Shown: piece by piece, positions 59,058 to 64,000 of the stretch | How positions within the stretch are numbered: the stretch's first letter is position 1 | How the letters are laid out: every line of letters starts with the position of its first letter | Origin: an uncultured Aliarcobacter sp. | GTDB lineage: Bacteria; Campylobacterota; Campylobacteria; Campylobacterales; Arcobacteraceae | Assembly: GCA_963677435.1 (NCBI GenBank) | Contig: OY781945.1 | Location: 2,944,001-3,008,000, forward strand | Reading direction: 5' to 3' | Length of the DNA: 64,000 bases | The notes under the pieces: model-generated | Told to the model about the DNA's origin: nothing | What the model saw: only the letters and a program-made list of their open reading frames with translations | The model's database searches: none | Position numbers and translations under genes: made by a program

Positions 59058-59839
59058 ATTGTACATTTCCTAACTTCTATATTTTTATTTTCTAAAATTT
59101 TCTCTATCATTTGTTTGTTTATTTCACCAGTATGGCAAACACTTACTTTAAGATTTCCCTCATTTATATGACCCAACTGTGCACTTAAAATAATTAATCT
59201 TTTTGCTATTGCATTTCCTGTTTCTATTAAAGTCACATCATTTGCCATAACTTTTTTTATAACCTCATCAACCAAGGGATAATGAGTACAACCTAAAACG
59301 ATTGTGTCAACACAATTTTCTCTCATTGGTTTTAACCATTTTTCTAGCATTTCAAGAGTTTTTGGTGTATTTATTTCACCTTTTTCAATCTGCTCAACTA
59401 ATCCAATACAAGCTTGTTCATAAAGAGTCACATTTTTTTCACTTGATAGCTTATTTACTAATAGTTGATATTTATCACCTTTTAATGTTGCAGGTGTTGC
59501 CAAAACTCCAACATGGGAAGTTTTTGTATTTAAAATTGCAGGTTTAATTCCAGGCTCTGTTCCTATTACTATTAAAAAAGGAAATATTTCTCTTAAATGT
59601 TTTATAGCAGCACTGGTTGCTGTATTGCAAGCAACTATTAAAGCCTTTATTTCATGTTTTTCTAAAAGATACTTAGTTATATTAACACATCTATCTAAGA
59701 TTTGTTCAGGAGTTTTTTCACCATAAGGAGCATATGCAGTATCTGCAATATAAAAAAGTTCTGCCCCTTTAAATATTTTTTGAATAGAACTAACAACAGT
59801 TAATCCTCCCAAGCCTGAATCAAATACACCTACTTTCAA
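59054..59839 (-). CDS. murI: Glutamate racemase
   Basis: FDSGLGGLTV, PYGEK, ACNTAT, VLGCTHYP; TTG start. Confidence 0.96.
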   Translation of the reverse strand: MKVGVFDSGLGGLTVVSSIQKIFKGAELFYIADTAYAPYGEKTPEQILDRCVNITKYLLEKHEIKALIVACNTATSAAIKHLREIFPFLIVIGTEPGIKPAILNTKTSHVGVLATPATLKGDKYQLLVNKLSSEKNVTLYEQACIGLVEQIEKGEINTPKTLEMLEKWLKPMRENCVDTIVLGCTHYPLVDEVIKKVMANDVTLIETGNAIAKRLIILSAQLGHINEGNLKVSVCHTGEINKQMIEKILENKNIEVRKCTI

Positions 59840-59914
59840 TTTGTGCCTTTATTAGTAATAAGCTGATATTTTATCATAAGTTTATAAAGAAAATGATTAG
59901 TAAAAAAAGAAAAG

Positions 59915-59944
59915 ATGTAATACTCTACAATTAGAGTATTACAT
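59915..59944 (-). terminator. Hairpin downstream of gdhA
   Basis: ATGTAATACTCTA-caat-TAGAGTATTACAT 13-bp stem. Confidence 0.65.
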
Positions 59945-59949
59945 AAAAA

Positions 59950-61291
<1,342 letters not shown>

Positions 61292-61400
61292 TAGCTTTCC
61301 TTCATTCTAAATTGAAGGGATATTCTATCAAATAATTATATATCTTTTAAACAAATGTATATTTTGTATATATATTTTGAAAATAAAGTTACTGAATAGA

Positions 61401-61434
61401 TTAAAAAAGAGAGAAATTAATCTCTATTTTTTAA
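61401..61434 (-). terminator. Probable terminator after metQ
   Basis: TTAAAAAAgAGAGA...TCTCTaTTTTTTAA. Confidence 0.5.
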
Positions 61435-61435
61435 A

Positions 61436-62263
61436 TTAAAAAGATTCTATTATAGAACCTTTATATTTTTCTTTAATAAATGTTCTAATATCTTCTGAAG
61501 TAATTGCTTCATCTAATGCTTTTATAGAATCTTTATTTTCATTTCCTTTTTTTACAACAATAATATTTGCATAAGGAGAATCTTTTGATTCTAAAACTAT
61601 TGCATCTGTTAATGGATTTAAATTTGCAGGAAGTGCATAGTTTGTATTAATAATAGCAGCATCAACTTCATCTAAAACTCTTGGTAATTGAGGAGCATCT
61701 AACTCTTTGATTTGTAGATTTTTTGGATTATTTACAATATCAACTATTGTTTTAAATGGAACATCTTTGAATGTTAAAAGACCTTGTTTAGCTAAAATAT
61801 CTAAAGCTCTACTTTCGTTTGTTGGGTCATTTGGAACAGCGATTGTTGCTCCATCTGCTAATTCACTTAATACTTTTATTTTATGTGAATATAATCCCAT
61901 TGGCTCTAAATGTACATTTACAGTTTTTACTAAATCTGTATTTTTATTTTTGTTAAACTCTTCTAAATATGGTAAATGTTGGAAGAAGTTTGCATCTAAT
62001 TCACCCTCATTTACTGCAATATTTGGAGTTACATAATCTGTAAACTCTACGATTTGTAAATCATAACCTTTTGCTTTTAATATAGGTTTAACAGCTTCTA
62101 ATATTTCCGCATGAGGAACTGGTGTTGCTCCAACTTTTATAACTATCTCTTTTTTCTCAACTTTTGTTTCTTTAACTTCTTTTGATTCTTTTGAATCATT
62201 ACAAGCACTAAATCCAAGTACCAAAGCACTTGCAAGTGTAAATTTTAAAATATTTTTAAACAT
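61436..62263 (-). CDS. metQ: Methionine ABC transporter lipoprotein
   Basis: Lipobox FSAC; VGATPVPHAEIL, DANFFQH, PNDPTNESRAL; ATG 62263 with RBS AAAGGG. Confidence 0.92.
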   Translation of the reverse strand: MFKNILKFTLASALVLGFSACNDSKESKEVKETKVEKKEIVIKVGATPVPHAEILEAVKPILKAKGYDLQIVEFTDYVTPNIAVNEGELDANFFQHLPYLEEFNKNKNTDLVKTVNVHLEPMGLYSHKIKVLSELADGATIAVPNDPTNESRALDILAKQGLLTFKDVPFKTIVDIVNNPKNLQIKELDAPQLPRVLDEVDAAIINTNYALPANLNPLTDAIVLESKDSPYANIIVVKKGNENKDSIKALDEAITSEDIRTFIKEKYKGSIIESF

Positions 62264-62273
62264 AATTTTCCCT

Positions 62274-62912
62274 TTATTTTTTTGTAATTTTGTATAAATA
62301 ATTGCCCAAACTTTGAACAACTTGTACCAATGCAATTAAGATTAATACTGTATAAATCATTGTTTCAGTTTGAAATCTATAATAACCATATTTAATGGCA
62401 ACATCACCCAATCCTCCGCCACCAACAGCACCTGCCATTGCTGAAAATCCAATTACTGTAATCAAAGTTAAGGTAATTGCTGAGATGATAGAGGGAAGGG
62501 CTTCTACTAACATAATTTTGAATATAATTTGGAAATCACTTGCACCAAATGATTTCGCAGCTTGAATAACTCCAAAATCCACTTCTTTAAATGCACTTTC
62601 AATCAATCTTGCGATAAAAGGTGCAGCTCCAATTGTAAGAGGAATAATAGCAGCCGTTGTTCCAATACTTTTACCTATTAAAAATTTTGTAACAGGAAAT
62701 AAAACTATCATTAAAATAATAAAAGGAAAAGACCGTAAAGTGTTAATTACTACATCAAGAGTAGCATAAACTTTTAGGTTTTCTCTTAATCCATCTTTTG
62801 AAGTAAGTGTTAAGATAATTGCTAAAAAGAAACCTATCACTACAGCAAAAAGGGTAGATACAAATGACATATAAATAGTTTCGCCAAGTGCATTAAATAA
62901 AATATCTGTCAT
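62274..62912 (-). CDS. metI: Methionine ABC transporter permease
   Basis: RSFPFIIL, SIGTTAAIIPL, SAMAGAVGGGGLGD. Confidence 0.93.
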   Translation of the reverse strand: MTDILFNALGETIYMSFVSTLFAVVIGFFLAIILTLTSKDGLRENLKVYATLDVVINTLRSFPFIILMIVLFPVTKFLIGKSIGTTAAIIPLTIGAAPFIARLIESAFKEVDFGVIQAAKSFGASDFQIIFKIMLVEALPSIISAITLTLITVIGFSAMAGAVGGGGLGDVAIKYGYYRFQTETMIYTVLILIALVQVVQSLGNYLYKITKK

Positions 62913-63868
62913 TATAATATCTCCCAAACAATATCATGTTCTTTTATATAATTAGTAACTAACTCTTTATCTTTCTCTTCAATATTTATAACCATATTTC
63001 CAATAATATGACCATTTATCTCTTCAAGTTTTCCCCATACAATATTAAAGTCCTTATCAAGTTCCCTTGCCATTTTGGTAATAAAAGATTGAAAAGCATT
63101 ATCTTTTGGAAAATAGATTTTTATATTAACTCCATCTTTTGGTACAACTTCTGTTTCACCTAAAAATTCTTTCATTTTAATATCTGGCTTTAAAAATAAC
63201 TCTTCTGTAGTATCAAAACCAATAATATTTCCATGCTCTAATAGAAGCGCTTTTTGAGCTATTTGTTTTACAACTTCCATTTCATGTGTCACTAAAATAA
63301 TAGTTATATTTAATTTCTCGTTTATCTGTTTTAATAGATTTAAAATAGATGTTGTAGTATTCGGATCAAGGGCAGAAGTTGCTTCATCTGAGAGTAAAAT
63401 ATCTGGGTCTAAAGTTAAAGCTCTTGCTATGGCAACCCTTTGTTTCTGCCCTCCACTTAATTGATTTGGATAAGAATCTATTTTCTCTTCTAAACCAACT
63501 AAAATCAATAAATCATTTACTTTTTTTAAAATCTCTTCTTTTTTATATCCCCATAATTGCATTGGTAAAGCAATATTTTCAAATACTGTTTTTCTTTGAA
63601 TCAGTGAAAAATGTTGAAATATCATTCCTACATTTTTTCTGAACTCTCTTAATTCATTTTTTTGTAAGTTTTTAATCTCTTTACCATTAACTATTAGTGA
63701 ACCATCAGTGTACTCTTCAAGTCCATTAATGCAACGCATTAATGTGGATTTTCCAGCACCACTATGTCCAACAATTGCAAAGATTTCACCTTTTTTTATG
63801 TCAATAGAAATATCATTTAAAACTTTAATATCACCATAGTGTTTGTTTAAATTTTTAATGTTAATCAA
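62912..63868 (-). CDS. metN: Methionine ABC transporter ATP-binding protein
   Basis: [34 protein letters not shown]-terminal NIL-like domain; TTG start. Confidence 0.93.
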   Translation of the reverse strand: MINIKNLNKHYGDIKVLNDISIDIKKGEIFAIVGHSGAGKSTLMRCINGLEEYTDGSLIVNGKEIKNLQKNELREFRKNVGMIFQHFSLIQRKTVFENIALPMQLWGYKKEEILKKVNDLLILVGLEEKIDSYPNQLSGGQKQRVAIARALTLDPDILLSDEATSALDPNTTTSILNLLKQINEKLNITIILVTHEMEVVKQIAQKALLLEHGNIIGFDTTEELFLKPDIKMKEFLGETEVVPKDGVNIKIYFPKDNAFQSFITKMARELDKDFNIVWGKLEEINGHIIGNMVINIEEKDKELVTNYIKEHDIVWEIL

Positions 63869-63974
63869 TTTTTATCCTTAATAAGAGCCGCAATAATATA
63901 GAAAAATGAATAAGATATGAGTTAAAGTATAATTATTGAGTGCTTTATTGAAATTTATTTGCAATTAGTAGAAT

Positions 63975-64000
63975 AGAAGAAGTGTAAATACACTTCTTCT
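63975..64000. terminator. Hairpin at the window edge (probable terminator of a gene outside the window)
   Basis: AGAAGAAGTGT-aaat-ACACTTCTTCT. Confidence 0.5.

Noticed and set aside
63869..64000. SAM riboswitch or T-box upstream of metN
   Set aside because: The region is AT-rich with no recognisable conserved riboswitch core; the only clear stem is a terminator-like hairpin at the edge.

Overview
AT-rich chromosomal window of an epsilonproteobacterium (Campylobacterota). Gene content and order point to the Arcobacteraceae, which is an inference. Left third: 3' part of an NADH:quinone oxidoreductase operon (nuoD-E-F, citrate synthase gltA inserted, short nuoG, nuoH-N), fumarate reductase frdCAB and a dynamin-like protein pair. 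Middle, partly accessory: two hypothetical proteins, a YgjP-like hydrolase, a glycosyltransferase, an HPP protein, a copZ-arsR-copA operon, recQ, an HrgA/COG2958-like nuclease-fold gene followed by a ~220-nt GC-rich, highly base-paired non-coding element, EF-hand/BON genes, a peptide/nickel ABC transporter, a BASS symporter, a TetR-controlled DMT pair, an L,D-transpeptidase and a MotA/MotB(ZorAB)-like pair with a 41-aa trailing ORF. Right: an uncharacterised HTH protein divergent from the methylcitrate operon prpB-prpC-acnD-prpF with 30-bp-phased TTGT-N10-ACAA motifs between them, a GGDEF protein, an isochorismatase, hemC, a Dsb-like protein, dnaX, murI, a doubly frameshifted gdhA and metNIQ. 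No rRNA, tRNA, CRISPR array or transposase was seen. Best novelty candidates: the structured element at 31091-31311 next to the HrgA-like gene, the putative new prp regulator with its operator array, and the orphan ZorAB-like motor with its amphipathic micro-protein. All family assignments come from motif recognition by eye; no searches were run.
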